Assembly: GCA_963700635.1 (NCBI GenBank) | Contig: CAVOYH010000006.1 | Span: forward strand, 64,001-128,000 | Direction: 5' to 3' | DNA length: 64,000 bases | Source: an uncultured Bacteroidota bacterium | Lineage (GTDB): Bacteria > Bacteroidota > Ignavibacteria > UBA10030 > UBA6906 | Shown: positions 29,785 to 41,880 of the stretch, one piece after another | How positions within the stretch are numbered: the first letter of the stretch is position 1 | How the letters are laid out: each line of letters begins with the position of its first letter | Notes under the pieces: generated by a model | The model's input: only the letters and a program-made list of their open reading frames with translations | Databases searched by the model: none | Told to the model about the DNA's origin: nothing | Made by a program: the position numbers and the translations under genes

Positions 29785-30667
29785 ACAGCACCTTTCCGTT
29801 GGCAACGAGCAATCCTGTCAGAACGAGCGCCGCCCCGGTGAACACGGTCGGAGGTAGCCGTTCACCCAGTACGACGGACCCGAGAACAACCGCAACAATG
29901 GGATTGATGAAGCTGGAGAGTGAGAGATACACCGCTTCAATCCGTTTTAGCAACCAGAAGTACGCCATAAAGGTGACCACGGAGCCGACCACCGCAAGAT
30001 AGAGCAACGATCCGACGGCTGCGCCCGTCCACGTGACGTCCTGTCCTCCTTCCAGCAACACACTCATGATCAGAAGCAAACCTCCCCCCATGGCCATGCC
30101 GATAAAATTCATGGCAATGGGGCTGACCGGTTCGCCGAATTTCTTGATCACAATGAGTGCCAGCGCCTGGAGAATCGTGCTCACGAGAACCGCGGACATG
30201 CCCAAAAATGCGCGTGCGTCACCAATGGACGATTCCGCAGAGAAGATCACGACAACACCGATGAACCCGAGCACAACGGCGATAACCTTGAACACGTTAA
30301 GCCGCTCATCGCGTAACATCAGATGTGACAGGATGGCCACCCAGAGGGGAAACGCGCCGAACAAGATGCTGCTCAGTCCGGTCGGGATATACTGCTGTCC
30401 CCAGTAAATGAGTCCAAACGGAATACCTATGGTAAGAACGCCCAGGGAGACATACACCCTCCAGGCATTCCTTGTCAGGGGAACCGGGACCCCCCGCACG
30501 CGCACCATGCCGTACAACACAACGGCAGCGAAACAACAACGGATGCCGGCGGACAAAAAAGGGGGAACTGTTTCGAGGCCTATGCGGATGGCCAGCCAGG
30601 TCGTTCCCCACACAGTCGAAATAATCGTAAAAGCAATCCAGATCAGGATTCGTTCGGACTTCTGCAT
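29765..30667 (-). CDS. EamA/DMT-family transporter
   Basis: About 10 TM segments; VWGTTWLAIR, FINPIVAVVLG..LGE. Confidence 0.9.
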   Translation of the reverse strand: MQKSERILIWIAFTIISTVWGTTWLAIRIGLETVPPFLSAGIRCCFAAVVLYGMVRVRGVPVPLTRNAWRVYVSLGVLTIGIPFGLIYWGQQYIPTGLSSILFGAFPLWVAILSHLMLRDERLNVFKVIAVVLGFIGVVVIFSAESSIGDARAFLGMSAVLVSTILQALALIVIKKFGEPVSPIAMNFIGMAMGGGLLLIMSVLLEGGQDVTWTGAAVGSLLYLAVVGSVVTFMAYFWLLKRIEAVYLSLSSFINPIVAVVLGSVVLGERLPPTVFTGAALVLTGLLVANGKVLYARRVR

Positions 30668-30760
30668 CCGAAAATATAATAAATTCCCGGCAAAGAATGC
30701 AGGACCGTATTGACCTTTACACCGGATTTGCCATGATTATCACACTCCCGGGAGGCAGCT

Positions 30761-32263
30761 ATGGCTCGTGTGAAGTTGGTGACACTCATCGTGTGTGCGG
30801 CGTTGCCGTCGATGGTCTTTGGACAGGGGGGATACTACATCAGCCGGAGCGTAACGCTGCCGGCGCAGGGGATCCTCTCGCCGGTCAGCAAGATGCCGGT
30901 GGCCGTCAACCGCGAAGACGTCAAGGCTATCGGTATGGGACGGGCACAGGTGGCGATGGGGACAACATTCAACGCACTCACCTACAACCCCGCCCTGCTT
31001 GCCCGAAAACGTTTCGCGTTGGAAGTCCCGAGTGTGCAGGCCAGCCTCCCGGCAGAAACCTACGATGCCCTGCTCTTCCTGCAGGAGAACACGAACGAGT
31101 TCGAGCAGGCCTTTTTTCTTTCCGATCTCCGTCGCGGAATCGGCCAGTTTAACGATGCGCTGACAGATGCGGAACGCCTGAGAGCGCTCCTTGTCGTGCA
31201 CCAGGGACTCCAATTCCCCCGCGGGCTGCTGGATCAGGTGATCGGTCCGAGCACAAAACCCAAAACGCACGGGGTTCTTGTGATCCCGTCCATCACGGGG
31301 CAGTTCGGCCACTGGGGGGTTTCAATTCACGCAAACCTGCAATCCGGTTTCCAGGTGATTCAAAGCGCGACCTTCGAAGCGCTCTCGAGTATTGACGTGC
31401 CGACCACGCTTGACGATCAGGTGGCAATCACCCGCGCCCTTACGCAACTTGCAGCGGTGCTCCAGACCGTGACGGCGTCCAACGGAGCATTTCTTCTTGA
31501 TGATGCCCTACCCAAGGCATTTGCCGTATCGTATCTGGATGTCGTCGGAACGGTGGGGTACGGGGTGCCCCTGACCCCTTCGCTGAGCATCGGCGCGGCG
31601 CTGAAAGTTGTCAACAGAAGATTCTCTACGAAAAGAATAGCAGCAGACACATTCGATGAACTCCTGAGCGAAGTTCGGAAGGACTTTTCGGCGAACATTA
31701 CCGGCGTGACGATGGATATTGGAGGCCTCTATCAGTTTCCGGCACTCGGGACGGAGGTTGGCCTCTCGATTCAGAACGTCTTTCCGCTCGGCACAATCCG
31801 CTCATCCATGAATGCGGAATTCCTCACCACGACAGTCGTGTACGACCGCGACCCCCTTGATCGGATTATAGTGAATGCCGCAGGAGATACGGCGCTGATG
31901 ACGCTGGAGCAGACGATCCGTCTGACGAACCCGTTCGAACTCCAGCTGCCTGTCATCGTCAACGTCGGTGCCCGCCACCCGATCACGCCCCAATGGGATG
32001 TCGCACTGGATATCACCGATATTACAAGACAGGACATACGGTACGAAAACTACATCGACCGGTTCCGGTTCGGAACGGAGTATCGGTTGGAGGCAATGAA
32101 GGATATCCTGGGCATTGCGGGAAGAGTTGGAATGGCAGACCGGCAATGGACCCTTGGCGTGGGGCTCAATCTGTTTCGCGTGTTCCAGCTTGATGCGGCG
32201 TATGCTCACGACAGCTACGTCAATGCCAGGTCATATTTTCTGCAGGCGAGACTGGGCTGGTAG
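30761..32263 (+). CDS. Outer-membrane beta-barrel protein (TraF_2/PorV/FadL-like)
   Basis: Signal peptide; AIGMGRA...ALTYNPALL N-terminal plug motif; amphipathic strands; terminal aromatic residue (RLGW). Confidence 0.65.
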   Translation: MARVKLVTLIVCAALPSMVFGQGGYYISRSVTLPAQGILSPVSKMPVAVNREDVKAIGMGRAQVAMGTTFNALTYNPALLARKRFALEVPSVQASLPAETYDALLFLQENTNEFEQAFFLSDLRRGIGQFNDALTDAERLRALLVVHQGLQFPRGLLDQVIGPSTKPKTHGVLVIPSITGQFGHWGVSIHANLQSGFQVIQSATFEALSSIDVPTTLDDQVAITRALTQLAAVLQTVTASNGAFLLDDALPKAFAVSYLDVVGTVGYGVPLTPSLSIGAALKVVNRRFSTKRIAADTFDELLSEVRKDFSANITGVTMDIGGLYQFPALGTEVGLSIQNVFPLGTIRSSMNAEFLTTTVVYDRDPLDRIIVNAAGDTALMTLEQTIRLTNPFELQLPVIVNVGARHPITPQWDVALDITDITRQDIRYENYIDRFRFGTEYRLEAMKDILGIAGRVGMADRQWTLGVGLNLFRVFQLDAAYAHDSYVNARSYFLQARLGW

Positions 32264-32328
32264 AAGCCTGCCCCGGCACCTGGCGTCAGATCGATGTACT
32301 CTGCACCGCCTCCGGTCGGGGGCGCACC

Positions 32329-33273
32329 TTATTCCCCCCCGTAACCCAGGCGCCGCAGCCACTCCGGGTTTTCTCTCCACTTCTCGCGCACTTTCACGTG
32401 TAATTCCAGAAAGACGGGATGCCCGAGGAACTGTTCGATGTCTCTCCGCGCCTGCGCCCCCATTTCTTTCAGCATGGCCCCCTTTTTGCCTATCAAAATG
32501 CCCTTCTGAGAGTCTCGCTCGACGTAGATGTCCGCAGCAATAAACCACTTTCCGTGTGCGCGCTCCTTAAACTCCAGCACCTCCACGGTTGTGGCATAGG
32601 GCACTTCCTCATGGCAGGCACGGAAGACTTTTTCGCGGACAATCTCCGACACAAAGAACCGCTCACTTTGTTCACTGACGATATCCGGCGGATAGAGAGG
32701 GGGGTGCAGAGGGAGAAGCGGGACGATCGTCTTTCGCAGTTCGTCGGTGCCGTCTCCTGTGAGGGCCGATATGGGGAACACTTCGCGAAACGGAAACGCG
32801 TGGGAATAGAATTCGATAATCGGCAGGAGTGTGGGCTTCGGGACAAGATCAACTTTGTTGATGACCAGAATCACGGGTTTGTGGAGTTCCTGGAGTCTCC
32901 GGAAGGCCTCGGCATGGGCAAGGTCTGACCCGATCTGGGGATCAAGAGCATCAATCATAAAGAGCAACACATCGGCATCAGCGATGGCACGGCCGGCGAA
33001 CTGCATCATCGCTTCCTGGAGCAGGTAGCGGGGTTTAATAATGCCGGGGGTGTCCAGGAAAACGATCTGGTACGACTCGTCCGAGAGAATTCCAAGAATC
33101 CGGTGGCGCGTGGTTTGAGGTTTGCTGCTGACGATGGAAATCTTCTGCTTGAGGACACGGTTGAGCAATGTGGATTTCCCGACATTCGGATCGCCCATGA
33201 TCGTCACGTACCCTGCCCGGAACGACGGGCCGGCGGCGGCTCCGACTGCTCCCTCACCCGCGATGGTCTCGAT
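32329..33273 (-). CDS. era: GTPase Era (start ambiguous; see findings)
   Basis: FRAGYVTIMGDPNVGKSTL, PQTTR, DTPG, NKVD, ISAL, KH domain ILIGKKG. The first canonical start (GTG 33207) lies inside beta1. Confidence 0.93.
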   Translation of the reverse strand: METIAGEGAVGAAAGPSFRAGYVTIMGDPNVGKSTLLNRVLKQKISIVSSKPQTTRHRILGILSDESYQIVFLDTPGIIKPRYLLQEAMMQFAGRAIADADVLLFMIDALDPQIGSDLAHAEAFRRLQELHKPVILVINKVDLVPKPTLLPIIEFYSHAFPFREVFPISALTGDGTDELRKTIVPLLPLHPPLYPPDIVSEQSERFFVSEIVREKVFRACHEEVPYATTVEVLEFKERAHGKWFIAADIYVERDSQKGILIGKKGAMLKEMGAQARRDIEQFLGHPVFLELHVKVREKWRENPEWLRRLGYGGE

Positions 33274-33342
33274 TTCCCTGTACTCCTTCCCGCATAGTTT
33301 CTCTGATGCTGTGTATCCCGATCCCGGATTGTATGGTCCGGG

Positions 33343-33702
<360 letters not shown>

Positions 33703-33715
33703 TCAACGTACTCGT

Positions 33716-36700
33716 TCATCGTCCGTGACACTGCTTGTACTTCTTTCCGCTGCCGCAGGGACATGGGTCGTTACGACCGATTTTCTCACCGACATGGATC
33801 GGCTGGGGTTTTCCGGCGCGTGCTGCTTGATCGGGACCTCCCGGCTGCCCTCCCGTTGCGCCGGGCGCTGGCTCCCGGTTCGGCCTGTACCCCATACCAT
33901 CAGCTGCGTCATGCGAGATCCTCATCTGCTGCGGACGTTGTGGTCCGCGCAATGGCAACTGCTGCATCTGCGTGGGGAAGAGCCGGAAGACCGTCGTCAC
34001 CGCCTCGGCATTAACCTGATCGAGGAGGTCCATGAACATCCGGAAGGCCTCGGTTTTGTACTCGACAAGCGGGTCTTTCTGTCCGTACGCACGGAGGTGA
34101 ATTCCCTCCTTAAGATCGTCCATTTCGCGCAGATGATCTTTCCACTTTTCATCGATCACCTGCAACACGACCATCTTTTCGATCTGCGCCATAAGATCGG
34201 CGCCGAGTTTTTCTTCCTTCCGCTGATAAAATTCCGCCGCGGCCTTGATGATTTCCTGGGTAACACCATCCTGGCCGATGTCCTGCCAGCGTGATGGGGT
34301 GATGACCAGCTCCACAAGGAGCGTGGCGCGCAGTTCATCCTGCAGGGGCTGGATCTGGCCATCTTCATAGTACTTCTCGACAAGCCGCTGGGCGTATTCC
34401 TCGACCAGGTCGAGAATATCCTCTTTGATCCGGTCTGCGGTAAGGGCCTTCCGCCGCCGCGTATAGATCACCTCGCGCTGCTGGTTCATCACATTGTCAT
34501 ATTCCAGCAGGCGCTTGCGGATGCCAAAGTTGTTTTCTTCCACTTTTTTCTGGGCGCGTTCAACGGAACGGGTGATCATCCGGTGCTGGATGACTTCACC
34601 TTCCTTTAACCCCATCCGTTCCATAATTCCGGCAATACGGTCGCTCCCGAACAGGCGCATCAGGTCGTCTTCAAGCGAGAGGAAGAATTGAGATGATCCC
34701 GGATCACCCTGCCGGCCGGATCGCCCGCGTAGCTGGCGGTCAATGCGCCTTGCCTCATGCCGTTCGGTACCGATGATGTGCAGTCCGCCCGCCTCGCGCA
34801 CACCGGGTCCGAGTTTGATGTCGGTTCCGCGACCGGCCATGTTGGTGGCGATCGTGATGGCTCCAGGGAGTCCGGCGTGGGCAACAATCTCTGCCTCACG
34901 TTCGTGGTGCTTTGCATTCAACACATTGTGCGTCACGTTCTTCCGTTTTAGCATCCTGCTGACGGTCTCGGAGACTTCAACGCTGGTGGTACCAACCAGC
35001 ACCGGCCGGCCCAGGGCGCGCATCCGGTCGATTTCTTCCGTCAGCGCGTTGTACTTTTCCCGCTTGGTCTTGTAGATATAATCGTCCATGTCCGAACGGA
35101 CCATCTTCCGATTCGTCGGCACCACCACAACATCCAGCTTGTAGATATCAAAAAATTCGCCTGCTTCAGTCTCTGCGGTGCCGGTCATGCCGGCCAGCTT
35201 GTTGTACAGGCGGAAGTAATTCTGGAGGGTGATCGTGGCGAGTGTCTGCATGTCCCGTTCGACCTTCACGCCTTCTTTGGCCTCGATGGCCTGGTGCAGG
35301 CCATCGGAGTACCGTCGTCCGGCCATCAGGCGGCCCGTGAACTCATCCACAATCATCACTTTGCCGTCATCGCTGACAACGTATTCATCGTCCTTCTCAT
35401 ACAGCGAATAGGCGCGCAAAAGCTGGGTCACCGTGTGAATCCGGTCACTACGCTCCGCATACGCCAGATTCAGCTCATCTTTTTTCGCCTGCCTCTGCTC
35501 GGGAGTGATGTCGGGGTCGTTCTCCAGAATGCTGAACTCCGTGCCGAGGTCCGGGAGCACAAAAAAGTCTTTGTCCCCCACGATCGGCGTAAGATAATTA
35601 CGCCCCTTTTCGGTCAGGCCAATTTGATGGTTCTTTTCGTCAATGGCATAGTAGAGCTCATCATCGATCTCAGGCATGCGCCGTGACTGATCCCTGAGAT
35701 ATTCAATCTCCGTCCGCTGCATGAGTTTTTTACGGGCGGGTTCGCTGAACACCTTCATCAGCCGGGGATGCTTGGGCAACCCGCGCGATGCCCTCAGCAA
35801 ATGTACTCCCGCCTCTTCTTCTTTCCCCTCCGCGAGCAGACGTTCCGCTTCCGCCACGGCCTTGGATATGAAGGTCTTCTGAGCGTTGACGATCCGGTCC
35901 ACCGCCGGTTTCATCTCGTTAAATTTATGGTCCTCACTTTTTGTCGGACCGCTGATGATGAGAGGCGTTCTGGCTTCATCGATCAGCACGGAATCCACTT
36001 CGTCAACGATCGCGTAAAAATGTTCGCGCTGGACCAGATCAATCTTTTCCACGACCATGTTGTCGCGCAGGTAGTCAAAGCCAAACTCGTTGTTCGTGCC
36101 ATAGGTGATGTCGCACGCATACTCCCGCCGGCGCTGGGAAGAGTCCATCGCATTCTGGATACACCCCACCGTGAGGCCGAGGAAGGTGTACACCTGTCCC
36201 ATCCAGATGCTGTCACGTTTTGCAAGGTAATCGTTGACCGTCACAAGGTGGACACCGCGTCCGGGAAGGGCGTTCAGGTAGATGGGCATTGTCGCGACAA
36301 GGGTCTTTCCCTCGCCGGTCGCCATCTCGGCAATCCTTCCCCGATGGAGCACCATGGCGCCTACAAGCTGGACATCGAAGGGCACCATATCCCAGACCGA
36401 GGGGTGGCCGAGCATATCAAATTTCCAACCCTGATCCTTCATGCGCTGGCAGGCACTCTTGACAACCGCGAATGCCTCGGGGAGGAGCGTATCAAGAAGG
36501 TCGGCGGTGATGTCATCCCGTTCTGTTTCCAGATCGGCGATCTGATCCAGAATACGTTCCCGGGAGGCTCCCTCCAGGGCTTCGGGAAGCTGCCTGCGCA
36601 GCTCCGCTATCTGTTCCTCCACATCATGGATTGCCTCACGAATACGACCGCGGAACTCTTCGGTCTTTCCCCGTAACTGATCATCGGACAGTTCGGCGTA

Positions 36701-36799
36701 CGCCTCTACATGGGCGTTGATTTCTTCCACCACGGGAAGAAACATCTTGACATCTTTTTCGTGTTTGCTTCCGAACAACTTTCTGGCAAATCCTAGCAT
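33716..36799 (-). CDS. secA: Preprotein translocase ATPase SecA
   Basis: [50 protein letters not shown] motif [13 protein letters not shown]. Confidence 0.98.
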   Translation of the reverse strand: MLGFARKLFGSKHEKDVKMFLPVVEEINAHVEAYAELSDDQLRGKTEEFRGRIREAIHDVEEQIAELRRQLPEALEGASRERILDQIADLETERDDITADLLDTLLPEAFAVVKSACQRMKDQGWKFDMLGHPSVWDMVPFDVQLVGAMVLHRGRIAEMATGEGKTLVATMPIYLNALPGRGVHLVTVNDYLAKRDSIWMGQVYTFLGLTVGCIQNAMDSSQRRREYACDITYGTNNEFGFDYLRDNMVVEKIDLVQREHFYAIVDEVDSVLIDEARTPLIISGPTKSEDHKFNEMKPAVDRIVNAQKTFISKAVAEAERLLAEGKEEEAGVHLLRASRGLPKHPRLMKVFSEPARKKLMQRTEIEYLRDQSRRMPEIDDELYYAIDEKNHQIGLTEKGRNYLTPIVGDKDFFVLPDLGTEFSILENDPDITPEQRQAKKDELNLAYAERSDRIHTVTQLLRAYSLYEKDDEYVVSDDGKVMIVDEFTGRLMAGRRYSDGLHQAIEAKEGVKVERDMQTLATITLQNYFRLYNKLAGMTGTAETEAGEFFDIYKLDVVVVPTNRKMVRSDMDDYIYKTKREKYNALTEEIDRMRALGRPVLVGTTSVEVSETVSRMLKRKNVTHNVLNAKHHEREAEIVAHAGLPGAITIATNMAGRGTDIKLGPGVREAGGLHIIGTERHEARRIDRQLRGRSGRQGDPGSSQFFLSLEDDLMRLFGSDRIAGIMERMGLKEGEVIQHRMITRSVERAQKKVEENNFGIRKRLLEYDNVMNQQREVIYTRRRKALTADRIKEDILDLVEEYAQRLVEKYYEDGQIQPLQDELRATLLVELVITPSRWQDIGQDGVTQEIIKAAAEFYQRKEEKLGADLMAQIEKMVVLQVIDEKWKDHLREMDDLKEGIHLRAYGQKDPLVEYKTEAFRMFMDLLDQVNAEAVTTVFRLFPTQMQQLPLRGPQRPQQMRISHDAADGMGYRPNREPAPGATGGQPGGPDQAARAGKPQPIHVGEKIGRNDPCPCGSGKKYKQCHGR

Positions 36800-36933
36800 C
36801 TTCTTCACCGGTATTATGGTTCTAAAACCTAAATATAGCGACATTCCGCATGGCAAGCAATGAGTTGCATTTTCCTCAAAAGTTGCTGAATTTGCCTGTG
36901 AGAGTGCCCATACCACCCCCCCGAAAGGATCCC

Positions 36934-38395
36934 ATGGTTCGTTTCCTGTGCGCTGTTCTTCTCGTCAGTCTCCTGGCCGGATGTGCCGGGACAGAGCGTT
37001 TGACCCTAGCCCCTCCGCCATCGATGCGCATGCTCAGCGTTGCCTCATCACCCGAACTTAAGCGGCAGGTGGACGCCCTTCTTTCCGACTCGCTTTTTCC
37101 TCCTTCCAATGTGAGTGTGAAAATCGTGTCCCTCACACACAAGAAGGAACTCTATTCTCTGAATGAACGATTGCTCGGGAATCCTGCGTCCAACCAGAAG
37201 CTCTTCACATCGGCGGCCGCCCTTCACCTGCTTGGCAAAGACGCCACGTTTCCGACTGTCGTGGCGGCAGACACGTCAAACGAACCGTATTGTCATCAGC
37301 GGGTATGGCGACCCTCTTCTCTCGACCTCTGATCTGGACTCGATTGCCCGTTCCTGCGCGGGTCTCCTGCCTCAGGGGCGGACGTGGGATGTCCATGTTG
37401 ATGTCCGTTTTTTTGACAGCCTGTACTGGGGGGCGGGGTGGACCTGGGACGAAGAACCCGAGGCGTATGGGATGTTCATCTCCCCGCTCATGCTCAATAG
37501 CAATACCATCATGGTCGAGGTGATGCCGGCATCAACACCGGGAACCCCTCCGCTGGTACTTCTCGATCCACCAACAGCGTACACGCCCGTCGAAAACACA
37601 GCGATGACGATTGCCGACTCCGTCATCGATCCCCTGCGAGTATCCCGGAACTGGATGGGGCGCTCAAACACGATTACCGTCCGCGGGCAGGTGCCCCTCA
37701 CGGGCAGGACCCGGAGGGATCAATTCAGCGTCTGGCGGCCCGAACTCTACGCCGGGACCGTCTTCGCGGAGCGGTTGCAGAAATACGGCATTCTGACGAA
37801 CCGGGTGCTCGTAGATTCCCTGCCCGGCGATCATGACCCGCTGTTCACGTTCGAGCACAGGATTGACACGGTACTCACATTTCTCAACAAGGTCAGCGAC
37901 AATCTTTCCGCCGAGGCCCTGCTCAAGACTTTTGCGGCCCGCCGCCATGGTACACCGGGCTCGGCCAGAGCCGGCATCAGCCTTGTGTATGAATTCCTCG
38001 CACAGGCAGGGATTGACACCATGGCCATCGCCATCGCCGACGGATCCGGACTCTCACGGTACAATCTTACCTCCACCGCAACCATTATCCGCCTGCTCCA
38101 ACGTATGTACGCGGATACACTCCTCTTTCCGACGTTTTACAGAACATTGCCGATCGCGGGAGTGGACGGGACAATCGGGAGGCGCATGCAGGGAACCCCG
38201 GCCCAGGGGAATCTCCGGGCCAAGACCGGCACACTGAGCGGCGTGACGGCGCTATCGGGATATGTGCAGACGAAGGATGGAGAGTGGCTCGCATTCTCCA
38301 TCATGATGCACAACTATGCGGGAAGTTCCCGCCTCTACCGGGCAGTGCAGGATGACATCGGAGCGATCCTGGCCGGCATGCGGAGCACGGAATAA
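36934..38395 (+). pseudogene. dacB: D-Ala-D-Ala carboxypeptidase/endopeptidase (PBP4, peptidase S13), split by a +1 frameshift near 37278
   Basis: Frame 1 has lipobox LAGC and PASNQK (SxxK). Frame 2 has GYGDP, SDN, DGSGLSRYN and AKTGT. May be an intact gene with a sequencing error. Confidence 0.8.
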
Positions 38396-38398
38396 GTC

Positions 38399-40276
38399 TT
38401 ACGGGACAAAAAACACCGTTGCGAGCGGCGGTATGCATACCCTGATGGATTGTTCATGACCATGTGACGGCCAGGGTTCCGTCCAGACGCCACCTGCGTT
38501 CCCGGCATTCGAACCGGCGTACAACTCGCTGTCGCTGTTGAGAACCTCTTTCCAGAATCCCGCCACCGGGACCCCGAGACGGTATTGATCCCGGACCGCT
38601 GGCGTGAAGTTGCAGACAACCAGCATCTGACGCCCCTCCCTGTCCCGCCTTAAAAAACTGATAACGCTGTTCTCCCAGTCGTGGAAATCCACCCAGGAAA
38701 ATCCCTCATTCGAAAAATCCAGATCGTGCAGCTGCGGCGAAGCGCGATACAGGGTATTCAGGTCTCTCACCCACCGCTGAATCCCCTGCTGATACGGATA
38801 CTCCAGCACGTGCCATTCCACACTCTCTTCATGGCTCCATTCCCTCCACTGTCCCAGTTCATTCCCCATAAAGAGGAGTTTTTTTCCGGGATGCCCGAAC
38901 ATATACCCTAACAGCAGGCGCAGGTTGGCGTTCTTCTGCCATTCATCGCCGGGCATCTTCCCTGCAAGGGAACCTTTGCCATGCGTGACTTCATCATGGG
39001 ATATGGAGAGCACAAAGTTTTCGTAAAACGCGTACCAGATGCTGAAGGTCAGCTGATCGTGGTGGTACTTCCGGAACAACGGATCCTTGCTGATATACTG
39101 GAGCGTGTCATGCATCCATCCCATGTTCCATTTCATGCCGAATCCGAGTCCACCGACATAGACCGGACGTGAGACCATCGGCCAGTCCGTGGATTCTTCA
39201 GCGGTCATCTGGACATCGGGATAGTATTCATACACGGCTTCGTTCAGTTGTTTCAGGAACGCGATCGCCTCCAGGTTTTCCTTCCCCCCCCACTCGTTGG
39301 CGATCCACTCTCCTTCCGCGCGGGAATAATTCAGATACAGCATCGATGCAACGGCGTCAACCCGCAACCCGTCTACGTGATATCGATCCAGCCAGAACAA
39401 CGCGCTGCTGACAAGATACGCGCGTACTTCGTGCCGGCTGTAGTTGAAGATGTAGCTTTTCCAGTCCGGATGGTATCCCTGGCGCGGATCCATGTGTTCG
39501 AACAGATGGGTCCCGTCAAAGTACGCCAGACCGTGTTCATCTCCAGGGAAATGCGAGGGAACCCAGTCCAGGATGACACCGATTCCGTGTTGGTGAAGCA
39601 CGTCAACCAGGTACATAAAATCCTGGGGTGTTCCAAACCGGCTCGACGGTGCAAAAAAACCCACCGTCTGATATCCCCACGATCCATAAAAAGGGTGCTC
39701 CATCACGGGGAGGAATTCAACATGGGTAAAGCCCATATCCCGGACGTACTCCGCCAGTAGCGGCGCAGTTTCACGGTAGGTCAAGGATCTGTTGTGCTCC
39801 TCCGGCACCCTTCGCCAGGAACCCAGGTGAACTTCGTAGATGGACATCGGAGCGTGCAGCGCATTGGCCTCATGCCGCTCACTCATCCATGTCGAGTCAT
39901 TCCAGGAATAGGCGAGGTCCCGGACCACGGACCCCGTGCGCGGGGGCACCTCCCAGGAGGTAGCAAACGGATCCCCTTTGTCCACGACAAATCCGTTGTG
40001 CCGTGAACGAATGTGGTATTTGTAGACCGTTCCCTGCCCCGCCCCTCCAACAAAGAGCTCCCAGATACCGGAAGAATCCAGCCGCGGGGACATCGGGTGT
40101 GCAGTGTTCGACCAGGAGTTGAAGTCGCCGATAACGGAGACGGCTTCAGCGTTTGGGGCCCAGACTCGAAACCAGGTGCCTTCCTTCCCCTCCTGCTGCC
40201 CGGCGTGTGCCCCGAGTTCCTGATAAAGTCTGAAGTGACGGCCTTGCTTAAAGAGATAGACGTCGTGATCGGTCAT
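38399..40276 (-). CDS. glgB: 1,4-alpha-glucan branching enzyme
   Basis: FRVWAPNA, IYEVHLGSW, DWVPSHFP, GLRVDAVASM, AEEST, SHDEV. Confidence 0.96.
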   Translation of the reverse strand: MTDHDVYLFKQGRHFRLYQELGAHAGQQEGKEGTWFRVWAPNAEAVSVIGDFNSWSNTAHPMSPRLDSSGIWELFVGGAGQGTVYKYHIRSRHNGFVVDKGDPFATSWEVPPRTGSVVRDLAYSWNDSTWMSERHEANALHAPMSIYEVHLGSWRRVPEEHNRSLTYRETAPLLAEYVRDMGFTHVEFLPVMEHPFYGSWGYQTVGFFAPSSRFGTPQDFMYLVDVLHQHGIGVILDWVPSHFPGDEHGLAYFDGTHLFEHMDPRQGYHPDWKSYIFNYSRHEVRAYLVSSALFWLDRYHVDGLRVDAVASMLYLNYSRAEGEWIANEWGGKENLEAIAFLKQLNEAVYEYYPDVQMTAEESTDWPMVSRPVYVGGLGFGMKWNMGWMHDTLQYISKDPLFRKYHHDQLTFSIWYAFYENFVLSISHDEVTHGKGSLAGKMPGDEWQKNANLRLLLGYMFGHPGKKLLFMGNELGQWREWSHEESVEWHVLEYPYQQGIQRWVRDLNTLYRASPQLHDLDFSNEGFSWVDFHDWENSVISFLRRDREGRQMLVVCNFTPAVRDQYRLGVPVAGFWKEVLNSDSELYAGSNAGNAGGVWTEPWPSHGHEQSIRVCIPPLATVFFVP

Positions 40277-40332
40277 GGTCTTCCCCCTTGTGTGCACGAG
40301 AACAGGGACCGAGCAGAGGGCCGGGAGCCCTT

Positions 40333-40674
40333 TTACTCTTCGGTCGTGGAGACACCCAGAAACCGGATCTCCACGTCTTTCAGAAGTTCTCTCACCGTAT
40401 CCACCTGCCCTGCGGCGACGTACAAGCGGGCAGGCTGAATGAGCGGACCGATGTCATTGAAGCTTTTGCCTTCGAAATGGTAAAGAATATCAGTCCCCTC
40501 GAGAATGGAACGGATAATCATGACATCGCCGGCATTGTACGTAGAGAGTATGCGAACAAATCCCTCGCCCGTGTGATCCGATTCAGGGGGGAGAACAGCG
40601 ACAAGAGGAACCCTGCAATCAGCACACTGGGCGACGCCCTCAACATACTCGGCCTTGCATTTTGGACAGAACAT
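40333..40674 (-). CDS. DUF2007-type putative signal-transducing protein with N-terminal zinc ribbon
   Basis: MFCPKC..EY.....CADC..PLV followed by a small alpha/beta domain; GGGAGG SD. Confidence 0.7.
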   Translation of the reverse strand: MFCPKCKAEYVEGVAQCADCRVPLVAVLPPESDHTGEGFVRILSTYNAGDVMIIRSILEGTDILYHFEGKSFNDIGPLIQPARLYVAAGQVDTVRELLKDVEIRFLGVSTTEE

Positions 40675-40836
40675 GGTTGCCTCCCGCGTTTGTGGTCTCC
40701 ATTACAAGCTAACAAACGTCCGGGCCGGTGTCAAGGAAATGAGGAAAAGATGAAGCGTTGTGACTCCTCTCACACGTGCGCCCGGCAGGGGACAGTTCCT
40801 CAGCCGGGCGCAGGGGGCACCGAAGATCGTGGATAC

Positions 40837-41745
40837 TTAGTCCAGAGGTTTGATGCGCACATTCCCGCCCGAGGTATGTGCGTAAATCAGTTCCCCTCCC
40901 CCATTAAGGGTCCCATTGATCCGTGACTCGCTGATCTTCCCGGTGACGGTCACCGGCAGGTCACAGATAACGTCACCTCCGCTTGTGGATGCATCGATTC
41001 TACCACCGACCGTTCTTCCAATCGCGACAGTCACGTTCCCGCCGGAGGTTTCGGCATGAATGCCCCGGTTGGCGCCGCGAACCTTGACCGACACGTTGCC
41101 GCCGGAAGTTTCGGCACGTACCTTCCCGTCCACTTCCTCCACACCAATATTTCCCCCTGAGGTCTCCGCCTCGACATTGCCGACGACATTCTTCACCTTC
41201 ACATTACCGCCGGACGTTTCGGCATGAACGTTCCCTTTGATTCCGTCCGCTTCGATGTCGCCCCCCGATGTCTCGACTTTTGACCCCCCCTCCACCTGTC
41301 TGAGCGTAATATCTCCACCTGATGTGCTCCCGTCCACCATCCCTTTGAGGTTGGAAATGTGTACATTCCCCCCCGATGTGCTGAGGCGGACGTTGTATTC
41401 TCTGGGAACGGTCACGGTAAATTCCACGGTCAAACGTGAACCGCTCAGGAACCGCCAGAAATCCTTAGGACCCTTCCCTGTCACCGTCACTCCACCCGCA
41501 TGGTGCTCGGCGTTGATGGTGAATACCTCGACATCACGATCACGGCCGTCGATCCGTGCAAGCACCACCACTTCATTGCCCGTTGTGCCGGTGATGGAAA
41601 TGGAACCGGCATCGGTCTCCAGCGACAATGTCCCACCGGGATTGACCTGGAACTTCTTTTCGAACTTCTTTTCACCGCCCCTGGCATTTCCGAGCGCCAG
41701 GGAAAGTAACACAAGAAGCAGCGCGCTATTTCGAAACATTTGCAT
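40837..41745 (-). CDS. DUF4097-family beta-strand repeat (adhesin-like) exported protein
   Basis: Signal peptide; about eight TSGG(N/D) repeats; AGGAGA SD. Confidence 0.85.
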   Translation of the reverse strand: MQMFRNSALLLVLLSLALGNARGGEKKFEKKFQVNPGGTLSLETDAGSISITGTTGNEVVVLARIDGRDRDVEVFTINAEHHAGGVTVTGKGPKDFWRFLSGSRLTVEFTVTVPREYNVRLSTSGGNVHISNLKGMVDGSTSGGDITLRQVEGGSKVETSGGDIEADGIKGNVHAETSGGNVKVKNVVGNVEAETSGGNIGVEEVDGKVRAETSGGNVSVKVRGANRGIHAETSGGNVTVAIGRTVGGRIDASTSGGDVICDLPVTVTGKISESRINGTLNGGGELIYAHTSGGNVRIKPLD

Positions 41746-41794
41746 GGGGTAGTCTCCTGAGATAGTGAACGTCACATGGCAGCATGCTTTCTTA

Positions 41795-41819
41795 GACGGA
41801 AAGGAAGGTCAAAGGTTGC
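41795..41819 (-). promoter_or_regulatory. Candidate ECF sigma promoter of the DUF4097 gene
   Basis: Minus strand GCAAC-N16-CGTC, the AAC/CGT pattern of SigW/SigE-type ECF promoters. Confidence 0.55.
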
Positions 41820-41880
41820 GGACTATTCTTTGCTTTTCGGAGGTGTTTTCACTACGTTGTGCCATTCACGGAGTACAAAC

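Noticed and set aside
40860-41380. Periodic repeats that could mimic a CRISPR or tandem array
   Set aside because: They are degenerate codons for the TSGG protein repeats of DUF4097, with no identical DNA repeats or spacers.
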